Shown: in pieces, positions 62,165-64,000 of the stretch
Layout of the letters: every line of letters starts with the position of its first letter
Position numbering within the stretch: position 1 is the stretch's first letter
Assembly (NCBI GenBank): GCA_918797485.1
Contig: CAKKNE010000003.1
Span: 4,712,001-4,776,000 of the forward strand
Origin: Pelagomonas calceolata
Lineage: Eukaryota
Reading direction: 5' to 3'
Length of the DNA stretch: 64,000 nt
Translations under genes and position numbers: made by a program
Notes under the pieces: generated by a model
The model's input: only the letters and a program-made list of their open reading frames with translations
Database searches by the model: none
What the model was told of the DNA's origin: nothing

Positions 62165-63243
62165 AGCGCCACTACCGGGCGCGGTCGGATGCCCGCGGTA
62201 TTAAAGATTAGGAAGCTTCGATTAAGGGGAGCCAGGCGCACTGGGGCTGAGCCTGAGGCCCTCTCGCCAGCCAACACGGTCCCGACACGGCCGGGGAGGG
62301 ATGCTGGTTGCCCTAGCTGGGGTGTCGCCCTTGGGAAGCCTGGTGAAGACCCTACTTAAGGAGCGCATCAGTTGCGGACATTGCTCGTGCCCGGGTCTTC
62401 AAGTTCTTTCCGTGGTGTAAAAACTAGCACGTGCTCCGTCGCGGGGGGCCGGCTCGGCGAGGGGGGTACCCCGCGCGCGCGGTAGTTTCGGAGGACTCGG
62501 AATCAGTACCAATTGTTCACTGTTAGTACACCGTGACCTTTTGAATAATACTATGGAATTAGAAGCTATAATCTTATTGACAGAGAGACACTAGTTACTC
62601 GGTTTTGGGGACGCTAGCCTAGTCCCGGGGGGATGGACGCCTAGAGCCAGGCCTCTAAAGGTCCGAATCCAGCGTCACGTCTTCACCGTCGGGTCTGGGA
62701 GCAGGGCCTGCCTGGGGGGGCACTGGAGGATTGTAATCGTCTGCCACATGCCCAGGCCGAGTCGTGTCACCGCCACCTGTATGAGTAAAGAGAGGACTAT
62801 GAGCTTATTGACACAAGCGTAGGAAACCCGCAGAGGCACATTCCAGGGCGCAACACGCTATTGAACACGGCATTTTGCTTACGCCGCAGCGCTGGCGCCC
62901 CCCGTGCCAACCGCAGACAGCTGTCGGCGCCAACCAGCCAGTTTTACGGCGCGCCACGTGGCGTTTTATAGAATTGTTTATAGACCGTCTAGAGGATTAG
63001 CTATAGTCAATTCGGGTTGCGGGGGCGCGCGCCTAGAAGGCTGACGGGGGAGCTATCTCCCGCGAGCGTGTACGTAAGCTATAGACCGTCTAGCTAGCTG
63101 CAGCTAGCCGACCGATTGCGACGACGACGGTTTTTTAGCCCCCCACCCCGCACGAAACGGGGATTGCAAAAAAATACGGGTTTTGCTTTGCAAAAAACCC
63201 GGGCTAGCTGGACCAAACGCGCAGTCAGCTGCAAGCAGGAGAC

Positions 63244-64000
63244 ATGGGCAACGCCGCGCCGCGCGCGGCGGCCGCGACGACGCCGGACGCGCCGGAGCGC
63301 CGGCTGGCCGAGGACCTGCGCCATGCCGTCGTCGTCGCGCGGCTCGGGCGCGGCCGCGTCCTCACGTCCCTGCGGTGCCGCGCGGGGGGCGCGGCGCTCG
63401 TTTTAAAGGTCCACCTCCCGCGCGCGCGCACGAAGGCGCTCGACGCCGCGAGGGACGAGGTCGCAAGGGTCCGGCGGCGGCTCGCGGACCACCCGGCGCT
63501 CGCGCCGGCCGTCGCGTTCTTCGGCAAGGTCGCGCCGCCGCGCGTCACAGGTGCCTTCGACCCGGAACGATCGCGAGCCGTCGTCGGCACGCCATCGCCG
63601 GGGCTCACACTCGCCACGCGCAGGCCGCGCCGAAGGCGGCGGCGGCGGCGTACCTCGCGAGACGGCACTTCTCGGCGTCGCTCGCCGACCGGCTCCAGCG
63701 AAGGCCGTTCCTCGTCGGGGTCGAGCGGCTCTGGCTGATATATCAGCTCCTCGACGCGCTCGCGCACGCCCACGCGCGGGGCGTGGTCCACGGCGACGTG
63801 AGAAGTGAAAACATCATGGTCGCCGAGTGGTGCTTCTGCGTTTTGGTCGACTTCGCCGCCCACAAACCCGCGACGCTGCGCGACGACGGCCCCGCGGTTT
63901 TGGAGCACTTCGCGGCGGGCGACGGCGCGCAGCGCGCGGCGCGCTGCTACGTGGCGCCCGAGCGCCTCGTGCGGGACCTCTCCCCCGAAACCGGCGGGTT
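63244..64000 (+). CDS. VPS15: VPS15/PIK3R4 kinase, 5' part (exons 63244-63528 and 63624->64000)
   Basis: MGN myristoylation start; spliced frame AYLARRHFSASLADRLQRRPFL..ERLWLIYQLL..HGDVRSENIMV..DFAAHKPATL..RCYVAPERL. Confidence 0.88.
63529..63623 (+). mobile_element. Introner-like intron (GT-AG)
   Basis: Direct repeat GTCGCGCCG/GCCGCGCCG; ends CCGCGCGT...ACGCGCAG; restores the VPS15 frame. Confidence 0.65.

Overview
Eukaryotic nuclear DNA, not prokaryotic: very GC-rich, gene-dense, and most consistent with a pelagophyte alga (Aureococcus/Pelagomonas-like; inferred from codon style, plastid-type presequences and intron type). About 25 host genes are recognisable, including GT90, PACRG, a J-domain protein, condensin CAP-D3, a BAF-like protein, a DEAD-box helicase, a cyclophilin-SYF2 fusion, Cas1p/RWA, CWC15, an E. 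coli-type IlvC, MBD4, DNA polymerase theta, a mitochondrial carrier and VPS15. All 12 introns I could resolve look like introners (TIRs ending in CAG, 8-9 bp target duplication supplying a GT/GC donor). The main find is a 5.3 kb element (55257-60566) bounded by CACTACG-initiated TIRs. It carries a frameshifted RAG1/Transib-like DDE transposase placed tail-to-tail with an intact partner gene that looks BAH-like rather than kelch/RAG2-like. The window also has a MULE-like element with a 9 bp TSD and low-GC cargo, a long-TIR MITE family, three LINE 3' fragments, and GGTAC-rich mosaic tracts upstream of many genes. Protein calls come from motif recognition by eye; no searches were run.
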